Below are positions 19,223-33,300 of a stretch of 64,000 bases of DNA, one piece after another. The first letter of the stretch is position 1, and each line of letters begins with the position of its first letter. The notes under the pieces are model-generated. The model was not told where the DNA came from. It was given only the letters and a program-made list of their open reading frames with translations, and did no database searches. Position numbers and translations under genes: made by a program. The stretch lies in the NCBI GenBank assembly GCA_964035545.1, contig OZ037765.1, positions 7,078,698-7,142,697 of the forward strand, given 5' to 3'. The DNA is from Bugula neritina. Lineage: Eukaryota; Animalia; Bryozoa.

Positions 19223-20349
19223 GCAATTAACTCAAGGTGTTTGCTTGAGATGAGGTTTTATTCAATAGAGAAATAATTTGCTATAAGAAACTGTTGTTTA
19301 ATTGTTATTAATAGCTGAAGGCAGTTAATAATAATAGAACTAGAAATACAAGTGACTTATATATGGATGTGATCCTGTATTGGCCATTCATTAACCAACA
19401 TATTATGTTTGTATTGTTACAGTTTAATCATAGTAATTGTTTTTCCTTGAATAATATTTTGTAGTCAGCAGTTCAACATTAATTTCTCTTTCATGAGTCA
19501 TCTAATAAGAGTTTTACTAGTTGCTACTATTTGTGATAATCTATTTTCTCCCTTTATATTATTTTCATGGGAAACTTAATTATTTATTCTGCATATTCTA
19601 TTATATAATATTATTACTTGACTGTTAAATGTGTGCTTGTATTGATTATAATAAAGTCACATTGACAAATGAAATGCCTGGCAATTTTTAGGTCTAGCTG
19701 GCCTGTCTCTTATCAGTTAGCATTAACCAGTAGATTGGTGTACATACTTATTAGTTTTTAGTTGTACATAACCAACCCAGCGCTTGCATTTTAAATTTGA
19801 ATGTCGTCAAATGTCAACACTAAATAGAAGCTGAGCAAATACAATATATACCAAAAGATTTAAAGGTGTAGTAAATAAACAACCAAAGTTACAGCAGAGA
19901 GCTAATATCAGGTAAGTCCCTAGGTTTTTATCAACCACAAGTTTTGCAACAATTTGTTTTCAACATGTGATGTGGTGAAGTTGATAATTGAAGGCAAATG
20001 CAGATATAAATTGTATCCTAGTTACTTTTACTATTTTTGCACAAATACACTGCCTTTGTAATTGTTTACAAGCTTATAGATATCTTTTGAGAAAGTTGTA
20101 GGATAAGTATTGTGCTTTGTAAGACTTAGGCCCTTAGTTTGACATATGAGCTATGTTCCATCAACTGTAAATGACCAGTACATCGTAAACCTTAAGCTAT
20201 ACATGACACTCCAACATCTTTAGTATATGGAAACAAAACAATTCAACACAGCTGAGATTTACACACATGACTGCATCAACATTTACTTGTTTACAGTCAA
20301 AGAGAAAACAGTAGTCTTTTTGTCATTGTACGATATTATACCTACAGCA

Positions 20350-20529
20350 ATGTCGGCTCATTATCGACAGAGGCAGCCATATAATCTTGTGCTGCCGAAT
20401 GAAAATCCAAATTCGATTCCCACGATATGCATCTCTCCACCAGGATATCACGATACTCAAGGATCAAGAAACAACTATGCAATTAAGGCTACAGTGCAGC
20501 AGAAAAAGGCTTTCTGCAGCAGGTGTAAG
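20350..20529 (+). CDS. Candidate alternative first coding exon A of AMPK gamma (MSAHYRQRQPYNLVLP...SRCK)
   Basis: Acceptor CAG at 20345-20347, ATG at 20350, donor AAG|GTAAAA in phase 0, matching the phase-0 acceptor at 36590. A candidate upstream UTR donor CAG|GTAAGT lies at 19911. Confidence 0.5.
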
Positions 20530-23500
20530 GTAAAACTCATCTAGATCGTAAATATTCCTTCTCTTAGTTGAACTTTCAACTTCCTTGTTACAAAGAGATC
20601 CGAATTTTGCACATTTATTCTTTAGAAATCAGCTTTAGTATCCCACAACATTTTATGATTGTATATTATATTGTTCTCACATACTCCATAAAATAAATTA
20701 CTGACATTACCTGGATATTAAGGCATATACTGTGGGGTGTAACAGAGTGTAATTATATAAGCACTTATTGAATTCCATTTTAATATAGTTTTTATTCAGT
20801 AGCATTAAGTTTAAGGTGATAAATATAGAACAGCTGTAACTTTATAATATGATGCTCTATAAGTTTTGAGTATCTATTCTAATTGAAGGTTTATTCAGGT
20901 ATAATGCTCCAGCCTCTTTTGTCTATCGAAATAGATTAGATTGCTGCAGATTGTAGAACGGTTGTATGAATTTGCCAAAAAAGAACAGGATGGGAATATT
21001 TATAACACAATATAAATGTCAATTCATGGCATGAAGCGTTCCTAGTCTTATACAACTGGAATTATCAGATATCTGCTGGGTAGGGAGCTAAGCCGGCTTC
21101 CCTTACATTTGGTGGGTGCTCAAGTTACATCCGTTAAATAGAAATACTCCGTCTGCTGAAAATAGCAATTGATAATAAATTACTAGAACTTGGCAGTAAT
21201 GTCTCTTTTAAACGAGCAAAGACTGTTGCAAAGATGCAAACGTTTATATGAAAAAGACTATTCAGATTAAACATAAGAACATAAGAACATGAAATTGGTA
21301 TGTGTAGGCGTCACAATTTTATAAAGTGACTGATCATGCATATTAATTTCTTAAGTCTTGTTTTCAAAACTGGCGATTCAGTCTATAGTGATAGCTTACT
21401 GTGAGAAAAAATGAAAATCTTTGCATTTTTTGCCTCGCAACAGTTTATGAATGATTCTAGTACTGAAATGAAATAACTACTGTGACAGCTAATAAACAGC
21501 TTATGAAAAATGTTAGATTTATTAAGAGTGTCCATGTCTTTTAGCAACAATCAGTGCAATCAAAAACTTGAATTGTGTTGATGAAATAAGCATATGCATA
21601 TGGCAAAAACATTATTATATAGATAGGAGTAAATTTGACAAAATAATTAGGCAAGTGTTAATGTAGTATTGGTATTCACAGCTATTCGAGCACAGCTGTC
21701 CTGGTTTATCAGTAAATTTATTTAATTTAAAAAAAGTTTAATGTTATAAAAATTGCTGTTGAAAGATTATTTGATATTACAATATGTGCTGCTGTAAGTA
21801 AATAGTATATGCCTATATTATATAGGCTTCAACACAACGTTGGGACATTAATACACCTCTGTTGTAAGTTTTACCCACCATGTTTTACTGACTTACTTAC
21901 TTGTGTATGTTCGACTTACTGCCATAGAAATACTACTGTGTATTAATTTCTTCTTTTATATGCACCTAGATGGAACATCATGTCACACTAGCTGGATTGT
22001 TTGTGGCTTTCAAGTGCTTCACTAATTTTCCTTATTAACCAGCATTAGGCATAAAGTAAGGTCATAGAACTGTTGGTTGTATACATAATAACTGGGAGAT
22101 TTGGTCATTTCAGAAGTTAGTATTAATTTTTTGAATATATATTTTTTAATTATAAATTATCCCAGGGTTTAGCTAAAGCATACCATTGATTTATTGATTG
22201 ATTGACTAATGTGAACCCTTGAAATATTCAATCACTTTGAAAACACTTTTAGCTAGTTCAGCTTGCTGCTAAATGTCTGGTGAACGAAAAATAATGAATC
22301 TACAGGCTGCTGTTAGTGTAAGCTGTAGTCTTGTATTAACCCAACTTACTTGTGTTTTACAAAGTACAACATTGCATTTCATTGGAGAAAAACTGTTCAA
22401 TAAACAATTATGTTGTTATGAGCCGACCTGCTATAAATTGTGGAAAGTAGGCTACACTAGATGTTATACTATTCTCATTCAACTTTGCTGATGTGTGTTG
22501 CTTCTGTTAATGTGATTATTGATTAAGTATGAACTTTAGGCATAATTAACAGATTATTGAAGAGGAGTAATTCCAAATTATTATGCTGCTAATATTTTTT
22601 GCATTTGGGTTGCTGAAACTTGCCCAATAGAGTATTTGATATGAACATAATTTACTAGCTAAATACAGAATTTTATGCACTTGTTATATTAACTTGGTTA
22701 TCTTTAAATATTTTCAACTGTGATGAACCACGGAATTGACATGGTAAGCAACATTTTTTAAATCTCAACTACTTAAAACTGTTGAATTATATCATTCTTG
22801 TAACTATTATTAACTTAGCTTCAATATGGGTGGGTGTGTATACCAAAGTAGCTGCTATTATTATTAAATAAATTAGTTAAAATTATAAGTTGTATTCCAC
22901 ATGTTTCTGTTTAAAATCAAATAGTTCGTTTGAAAAGTTAACCAGTCTACAAGTCATTACTAACCAATTATTATGTATATTTTGCTCCTTCTCAATTAGA
23001 CAAACTATAACTTGGGATACGAAATAACTCATGGTTGTAAACAATGAATCTAAAGAATTCTTCCAACATTTTGTTGATCAGCATAAAATTAGAAGTTTGC
23101 GTTTGAAGCTAATTAAAAACAGTTGAAACAAATTTAGGTTCATCATTGTTTTGATATTTTTCAAATTTTTAATGATTGCTGCATATGAATGAAATTATTG
23201 TGATTAATTTGTAGTTTTTTAAAATTTAAAAAAGATATATTTAGTCTTTTTTCACCAATCTAAAAGTACAATTGATTTGTTTCTTTTTTCTGAGTTATTA
23301 ATATAAATTGAACATCTCTAACCACACTTAATGATCATAACGTAGACTCAGTCTTAATATTTTAGGTTTTTTAGGTAATTATAAGTATATGCGTGTGTTA
23401 GATGTACATTTTATACAAGCATGTTTCTATTTATGCTTCATTTTCATTGCTAATTTCTTCCAACCATAAATTAAATACAAGCATTTACGAGGTTATATGT

Positions 23501-23549
23501 GAAAGCCTATGTACATAATAATATTATCTGTTCACTGAAACATTATATA

Positions 23550-23670
23550 TAATAGAATATAGTAGAATCTAAAATGATATAAAATAATAAAGTGCAATGC
23601 AATATAATATAATATAATATAGTATAATATAATATAATAAACAATATAATAGGATACAATATAATATAAT
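23550..23670. repeat. Degenerate (AATAT)n pentanucleotide microsatellite
   Basis: Direct reading. Confidence 0.7.
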
Positions 23671-24234
23671 GTAGTGTGATAAGTGTGTAGGCATAAAACT
23701 CCATATAGTTTGCTAAAACATCCTTATAAAATTGATAGATATTTGTATAGATTATTGATTAGTTATGTAATGCATGATGGGAAGCAGTAATTATCCATTC
23801 CTCCTTTCTATAAGGCTGAATGTAGTGATATATTTCTCGTATAAAGGGTAAAGTGTGAAGTGCTGTGATTCTAAAACACAACTATTTGCCTGCTTCCGCA
23901 GATTTTACTCAAAAGTGATTATCATGTAAAAATTCACATGGGGTCTAAATACAAATATAACAGGAAGCTGACCTATTAAAACTATACGAATTGTGACATT
24001 AATTTATGGTTTTGTTTGAAAAAGCTAATCTTTACACAACAGAATATGTTTATAGGTTGTCTATGAGTTGTGCTGTTGATTAACACTTGTTTATAAGTAG
24101 CTGACATTGCTGACCTTTCACAACCATCTAAAGCTGTCACTATGTAAACAAAATAGTAGTTTAATTACTGAACTAATTGTTTCCCTTGTAGTAGTGAATT
24201 ACTCCAAACATACCCACTGCATATCCAAAAATTC

Positions 24235-25071
<837 letters not shown>

Positions 25072-26788
25072 ACCACTTTATATACAATGCCAGACTTATT
25101 ATGAACGTTTTACTGCTGAATTTTTAAAAAGGTCACTTCCTTTCTGATCTATCAGAGTTTACTAGAAGGTAATCTGTGGAGTTATTCTCTCTGAAATATG
25201 TGGAATAAAATACTATGTAGTATACACTGTTGCGTTTTATACAGAAAGAGCTAGCTTACAGATTTTAGTATTATCTAATTCCCAGTATCAACCCAGTTGT
25301 ATTTGATAAACGAAAATGTTTGACATCAGTTTGATTGAGTTTCTTATCTTTTCGCACCATTATCATACATGCAGCAATGATAAAATAAGTCATGACAGAA
25401 TTGTATTATATTATGCAGCTAGTTCATCTTAAACACACCCTAGTAAAACTCTTCATATATTGGTAATTACTTATCTAACAAATTGCTGTATGCTTATTAA
25501 GTATGTTCTCATTATTACTTGTACCTTTACAATACTGCTAATTACTCAAGACATGCATGCTTAGTGTTTATATAATAATTGGTATTTGAATAAGCATTAC
25601 AAAGTGGTTTACCTCAAGTGGAAATGGAAGGAAGATGCAAGCTGAATACAGCTCAGCAAATGATATAAAGAATTTTCGTTCTGGTTTGTTTATTTATATT
25701 TTCTGTTTGTTTCCACCATCTGTGCTATAAAATGTTGAATAGTCTTACACAACTGGCTTTAATAATCTATCACACTAGTAAGTTTATAGTCTTAGACTCT
25801 TTTTTATATTCAATTAGCATGTGTTAAACTAAACAGGCGTTTAAGAACAGCTTTAATTGTTTTTTATTCGGATACATTGAAGCATCAAAATCAGAAAATT
25901 GATAAAATTAAGTTTTGTATTCAAAAAGTTGTCAACCAGAGCAGTTTTAGAAGGTTATCTGTCTTGAGAGATCTAGCCAGCCTGTGTATCATAATGGTGC
26001 AGTTCTATACTTACTATAGGCTACTTCACATATATTATTAGTAGCGGAAAGTAAATAACATCATTTACCCAGAGCTCCAAGTAGTCTAATCTATATAATA
26101 TATGTAAATAGAAAAGGTCTTTCCATAGGGCTGGCTCATTGCCATAAGCAAGGAAACATGGAATGGGTGGAACAGTTTTTACTAGCCAATCATTAGCCTT
26201 GAACGTAACACACCTCAGCCACCAAAAGTTCAATGATCCATTAGTAAGCTTTTTGTTTTACATCAGCCAAATTGCAGTAAGTTTTATTGTTGAAATTTAC
26301 AGCAACTTTTGTTATTGTTAATATTATTTAGGAATTGCCATTATCCATAATAATCAATTTCTCTAAGTCTAGTTAGGCACTTGTTTTGGTTTACAATAGG
26401 CGTTATTTTCACAAGCTCAACATTATAATTTGTTAATTTATTTGATCATGCTTCTCAAGGGCAACTGCTAATACTAGGAATGTGGAATGCATATCAGTTT
26501 GGTTGATGCCAGTGTTTCGTCATTTTATCTTAAACAAACTTAATCTTAAGTGAACTTTATACACGAAAGTAGTATACAGTCTATTTATAGACGGTATTTG
26601 ATTCCATTATTACTCTGTTTATCAAACACACAAGTAAGATATTTCCGAGCAACTGATATTGGATTTTATACTCGTTACAACATAGAATCTTCAACAATGA
26701 GACTTCACCAGATGTGATGTATTAGGAGTTTTTAGAACGGTCTCGGACTATATGACTATAGCCTTTTATTCAAATGAAAAGTTAGAGC

Positions 26789-26950
26789 ATGTTGGCCAGA
26801 CAAAAGAAACAAACTAGTCTTGAGGGTTGTATTTCCTCTCCGCGATCCATGCTATGTCCAGTTAGTGAGGATGGCATCTTACATCATCATTTACATAAGA
26901 GTCGGTCTTCGCCATGCTCATCATCTCAGCAAAGTTCCATCAGTAAAGAT
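26789..26950 (+). CDS. Candidate alternative first coding exon B of AMPK gamma (MLARQKKQTSLEG...SSISKD)
   Basis: ATG-initiated Ser-rich ORF ending at a strong donor GAT|GTAAGT in phase 0, compatible with the exon at 36590. Confidence 0.55.
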
Positions 26951-27559
26951 GTAAGTTTTATAACTCACTTTGAAAAACTTGCTTTCTCTTATAGTTGTTG
27001 TGACAAATTGACACACTTCTTTGTCTACTGTTATAATATCTCAGTATAAAACAAAATTAATAAACAGCTTAAAGTGCACATCATTCAATATTTTACAGCT
27101 CTTTAAGAACTCTTATTAAGGCTATTTTGACTATAAATAAAAATATAATAAAATTAAAGTGATATATCAATGAAAAATGGCAAACACTGTAGAGTATAAA
27201 CAATTATTGCTACAATACAAGACTGCTACGCTCCTATAACAAAAGTACACAATATTATTCATGTAATTATTTTTTCCATTAGTATAGACAAGTGGTTATA
27301 GGCTGTTTTAATTGTATAAATCTGTATAGTATTACCAACATAAGCCTATATATTATGGGCTGTAAATTAACTTTTGGCATGCTCAAAATGTTACATATAC
27401 ATATAATATATTCAATTGAGTACCAGTGTGCAACGGAAATTTAAAGTTAAATGATAATTAGGTATAACAAGACAGTATGAATAGCAATATAAATCTAAAA
27501 ATAAAATTTACAAACTTAATTACTAAAACTTGTGCACTTGTACACCAAGTAATGAATAT

Positions 27560-27852
27560 AGAGTTTAAGAGTTGTTTTCTCGTTTTTAATCGCTATGGTT
27601 ACTAGCAAAATGCCTGTTGCAAAAGAATCCCAGGCACGGAAGGGAGACGATCAGCCAATGTCTATTTACATTGCCTCGATTTGAATTATAGGTCAGGTCA
27701 ATCACAATGTTTGGCCGCATGGTGTAGTAATTAATGTGTAAAATCTTGCGAATGGTTGTGTTGTCATTTTTGTTTTTCCAAACTTACGGTCGTAGAAAAG
27801 TTGACAACCTTATTAGGTTGCGGAACTAGTATTTAGCAAGTCAACTGCATGG
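27560..27852 (+). promoter_or_regulatory. Putative internal promoter / first exon of AMPK gamma
   Basis: Locally CpG-containing segment with an X-box-like ATCGCTATGGTTAC (~27589-27602), a CCAAT box (~27655) and ATGG|GTATGT donor at 27852. It is followed by the same periodic tract seen after the JNK and IFT74 first exons. Confidence 0.4.
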
Positions 27853-27879
27853 GTATGTGGATGTTTGATGATTGATAGC

Positions 27880-29330
27880 TTCAACATTAGTTATATTTTT
27901 TTCATGATACTTATACTAATTCGTTAACACTGTAAATCACAATGTAAGTTTAAGTTAGTACTAGTATTACTACTAGTAGTGTTTTACTTTTACTTTTAGT
28001 CACACTAACAGTAAGTGTAGCTCAAACTGTAAGTGTAATACTTGTACTTATACTTAATAATTTATAGTTAATGTTATAGTTAATGTTGTAGTTATACTAG
28101 CAGTAGTATAAATTCAATTTCATATTGAATTTGATATTCATAAAATCATATTAAGTTTGATATTCATATCGTAATTGACTGAGTTTGACTCATGGTCATT
28201 GTTGATTGATCATGATGAGAGTATTATGGTGATTATTTGAAATTTCATATTCATATTGTAATTGATATTGACTTTGAGATTGAGTGACTCAGATTCGGAT
28301 TGTAAATACCAGTAATTATAAGTGTAAGACGAAGTCAAGTGCAAGTGTAACTGTAAGACTTAGACCAAATGTAACTGAAAGTCATCAAAGTCATCACCAC
28401 AGTCACTATTACTATTAGACATAGTATTACTATTAGTATTACTCTTAAACATCACGGGGAGTGATCAAAGACAAATGACAATCACAATGACAATGGAATT
28501 GCGTATAAGTATAACTTTAATGATGATTTTAATCTATAAGTATTAGTATTGCTGTATTATTAATTAATATTGCACCATTTCTTAATTCTTATTATGTTTT
28601 TACGGATTCACATTGAATCAATAATACTACTAGTATTAATCATTTTAATGTTACCAAGACTATTACTATTGCTATTACTATTAGTATTATCATGATTTCA
28701 TAAGTGTAGCATTCACACTCAATTTCATAATAATGATAAAAATATAACTAGAAGTGAACTATCACATTTGCTATAAGCTATGCTGTACAAGATAAGCAAT
28801 ATAGGTTTTAATATTGTGTATTAATATTATTTATTAGTAATTTTATATTCAGTAAATATGATTATGATGTGCATATTGATTATGATATTCATTTTCTAAC
28901 ATAAATTAGAATATTAATGATCAAGTTGTTGATATCATGATTTTTATAGTAATAGTCACAATAAGATTATTTATTAACTATGGTATCAAATTTTATTACC
29001 CAATAAATAATAATTGTAATTATTTATTATGAATTAGAATATATTAATAAAGAATTGATTTAATATATTAAATCAAAGGCGATTCAAGATAACATGCTTA
29101 TGCTACCAGTGGGTTTGAACTTTTACAACTCTAATTTGCTTATATTATTGTCATTATATTAATGTTGATTCATATTCGTTTTGCAATAATCATCGACTCA
29201 CTTCATCATTGATAATTATTATTATTATGGTAGTGAATAAACTTAATGTCAATATAAACTGCAAGTGTAACCAATTAAACAAGAGTTGTTGAATGATAGG
29301 TATTACTGATACTAACAACGTACTATTGAA
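27880..29330. repeat. Degenerate 6-bp periodic tract (ANNNTN) after the putative AMPK gamma internal promoter
   Basis: AAATTC AATTTC ATATTG AATTTG ATATTC (~28110) and AGTGTA ACTGTA AGACTT (~28344). Boundaries approximate. Confidence 0.7.
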
Positions 29331-29835
29331 TCAAAGATGCAGGCTTTTGCTATAAATAACCTTCTTCTGCTGGTCTTGAAGTCTAATGTAAAGTAACAAA
29401 ACTGAAATGAGCCACTAGTAAAATGGAATTGACAATACTTGGACTACACCTCTATCTGATATGATTATAATGTTTTGTACAAAGTCAACACCATCATATA
29501 TATTGCAGTATTTATCACTCCACATATCGATCAATTTTTGTGTAATCAGCTATTGGGTATTGTATTAGATTTATGATGACAACTTTATACAAGTGCTCTA
29601 CATAACTGCCATCATTCATTGAGTGTTTCAACATGAATTTAAGTTTGATTGCTGATAAAACCAAAAGCTTCTAGTTAAGTTACACTAATCAGCAATTTAT
29701 CTAGTAGAATATGATGTAATTCAAGTCATGTTGTAGTACAGTTATTACTAGTCGGTAAATTAGTCATTGTTGGATGTTTACCAGCATGGCAGTATCTATT
29801 CATTTAACCAATGTTCTAATCATCTACTACACTAT

Positions 29836-30286
29836 TGTATTGGTATGCCACCCAGAAGTATTGGCAGGCAGCCAATCATTAAAGCTTTCAAGCTTCAAAA
29901 GCTTTCACCAAAGCTACTATTAGCTGGCAGAGCTAGTTCATTCACTGTACTGCATGAGTCAGTGTATCATGATCAAACCGCCATATTTACACTCTTTGTA
30001 TGAATAAACTATCGGTTTCGGTATTGTGATGGCTAAGATTTTTATCCACGCATCAATATTGTAAGTTTATTAGAATTACAATAGTTCATGTCAATTTTTT
30101 GGTTCTGTAATATTCATAGTGTTCCTCTGAATTTTGATTTATATTGTGACTACTTATTTATACAATTTCTAATGTTTCCCATTTTATAGGGTACGATTTG
30201 ACAGTTAATAAACTCGAAAACCTGTTGCCAAGTTGGCTAGTAGTTAAAGCATATCTTGCAACCAGACACAAACACAAACCGATACA
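29836..30286 (+). repeat. 5' LTR (451 bp) with internal GT-AG intron 30061-30189 and AATAAA 30207-30212
   Basis: Direct repeat of 35564-36014. TG...CA ends. Donor ATT|GTAAGT, branch-like TTCTAAT, pyrimidine tract and TTTTATAG|G acceptor. Confidence 0.97.
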
Positions 30287-30309
30287 GTACCAATATTGCT
30301 GAGGCTGAC

Positions 30310-33300
30310 ATGGACCGACAGGACATAGTTAATCTCAAGAAGCAACGTACTACTCTGAGGTCTAAGGTAACAATGCTAACTAATCTCATAGAATCAGCAA
30401 TCTCTAGTAGCAACTCTACACAAGTGGAATGCCTGCGATCTCAGCTTGAATCTACATATCAAGAGTTTCTAACTATCCATTATGACTTTTTGGAATACGT
30501 TTCATCAGATGAGTCTATGGAAGACATTGCTTATGTTAATAAGATGAGTCCAGTAGAGTACTATCAAACTGTAAAGGCTAGTTATGACAAAGCTATTTCT
30601 GACTGTAATACTTGGCATAGCAAATTCTATAAAATCAAGCACAGCCTTATTTTAGCGATTAAGAAAGCCAATGGATTAGTCACTGATTGTACTGACAATA
30701 CTCTTATCACTGAACATCATAGGAAATGTGTAGCTCTTTCAGAAAGTTTGGCAGATACCATAGGTTTTTCTGATTTATTATTAGAACTAGATGAAGTTAT
30801 TTTATCTTTAGATTATTGTATGTCTAAGTTTACTCTTATGTCAAAGGCTCAGTCACAGAACATGAATTTCGAACACCGTGAATCTGATCCGTCCGTAGTC
30901 CGGTCCGGTCTTGCGGAGAGTGGTGTGGGTGGGGAGTCACCTTCAGACGGCGCGAGTCATGCACCGACTATGGTCGCGTCGAGTCGGTTGTTTTCTTCTA
31001 GATCACACCCTAGCACACATGAGGCTACTCTTGCACCAAATCCAGGTGTCACAGCAAGCGGTAGTGATAGGCAGGTACTATGGGAAGATCACACATCCGG
31101 TGAAGCTTTGGCGTCAAATCCAGGTGTCATAGCAAGTACCAATGTCAGAGATGTTCGTTCTTCTACATTCTCAGTACGTGATCTACATGGTAGTACTGAT
31201 CGTGCAGCTCATTCTGAATTTTTGATTCGCGGCGCAACTTCCTCGGTTGTCAATGCATATGATAGCTACCCTAATGGAACTAGTCAAATAAGTTATGACT
31301 CTAGACATACAGGTGGAAATAACTTCAATTCATCTATACATAAAACTCATTCACAACCCAATCCATTTAACGGCACTAGATACCATTGGCCGGAATTTAG
31401 GTCAGTGTGGCTAAGGTATGCCACTATGTTTTACGATGATGTCGATAGGGCTTGTGAATTAAAAAAATTTCTCACAGGCGAAGCTCTGGAGATGGTTCAG
31501 CCAATCTTTGCAACTCAGCCTCAAGCTTATGAGAGAATGATGTGTAGATTAGAAGAGGTCTACAATGATCCTAGCATGAGTGTGCAAGCAGTCTTCAACA
31601 ATCTACAAGAACTAAAGCCAGTAAAAGAAGGCGATGCACGAGAACTCGTCAAAATGGCCAATGCAGTAGAAAGTTCGTACAGCCAACTCGGTGAAGTGGG
31701 ACTGTTGCAAACTGTTATGCTGCCACAGGTCGATACTCTTGCAAACCTATTACCTACAAGCATTAGACGGGACTGGGATAGACACTTTCACATACTTACT
31801 CACGAGGAGAGAATCAAGCCATTCCCACACCTCATGAGGTTTCTAGAGCAAGAACGGCAGATAGCCCTCAGACGCATAGAAACCGTAAACCCGCAGTCCT
31901 CCAGTATGCATAAACAGAAGGTGAAAGCGTTCCACACTGAAAGCAGTGGCCCAAAGTCTAGTAGTAACAGGTCTACTAATAATAGCAAAACCATTGATAG
32001 TGAGAATTACTGTTTTATTCATCGCAGTGAGCGTCATTGTCTTGTTGAGTGCAGAAATTTCTTGGCGTTGTCTGTAGATGAAAGATACAAGTTAATAAAA
32101 ACTAATTCTCTATGTGCTAGGTGCTTGGGTGCCCATAAGCCCAAGTGCTGTCCAAATTTCCGAACCCCTTGTTCAGTCTGTGATAAAACAACCCACCATG
32201 TATTATTGTGCATCAAATCAGCTGAAACTAATACACATACCAATTGTAATACCAACAAGAATAAAGCAAGAGCTGATCAAATTAAGCACAAGAGTAACGA
32301 GAATTCTGAAGCGTCTGCTGTTAGCACCACGGTCCGTGTGTCTCCCAATCATGGAGCGCACAATCATCCAGGAAATGCTACAGTATTTGCCATTCAGCAG
32401 GCCCAAGTAGTGGGTACATCTCATACAGCTATTATATTCTTTGACGGCGGATCCAATGCTTCATTCATATCGGAGAGAGCCGCTAAAGCGTGGGGTGCGC
32501 GACAGATAGATAAGGTGAATTTGGAAATGAACACACTTGGTGAACATGAAGTTAGCGAAACTTCTACTATTTATGAAGTAAAGTTACAAACTCCAAAGGG
32601 AAGGACCTTTTCGATTTTAGCTTACAGCCTTCGGAAACTCACAGGGGCTATCAACAGGCCACTTGATGCAAACATCCTCAAATCTCTCTTCCCGAAAGTA
32701 GATACTCACAAGCTATTGAAGAAGACGGGACCCATCGACCTGCTAATTGGTAACGATCTTCTTGGATTGCATCCAAAACACCAAGTTGATCAAGCAGGAC
32801 CTCACCTCTATGTATATTCCGGACCCTTTGGACTGTGTGTGCAGGGATCACACCCTACCCTTAGCAACTTTTCTACACTTCCATCCTCATCTTTTCATGT
32901 ACAGGCTACCATGGCGCATGAGAAGTTAGAGGAAGTTGAATTCACTCAAAGCATACACAACGACACGCTCAACAGTTGTGATTTTGAATTGTCTACAGTT
33001 TCTACGCCAACTTACAGTGTCAATAGTCCCGACGCATCTCCCAGTCAGTTTGCAAAGTCATTTTCAAGACCTCAGACTATTATAAATTATGGTGAATCAC
33101 ATACTATAGCCACTGAATGTGGTATGATTGAGTCAGCCGATGATTCCGACCCTTTACAGAGCCCGGGAGACCCAGACACTGAGTCTGCAGGACAAATCGG
33201 TTCTGGACAGTTGAACAGATCTTTAGAAGTCAATGACTCTATGTCCATGTCTGTAGAGATTAAAAGAAAGTATGAATTTACTAGCAGTACCTCTATCACA

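Noticed and set aside
30256-30309. TTG-initiated N-terminal extension of the polyprotein in the ORF track
   Set aside because: Overlaps U5 and the PBS. The first ATG at 30310 is the more plausible start.
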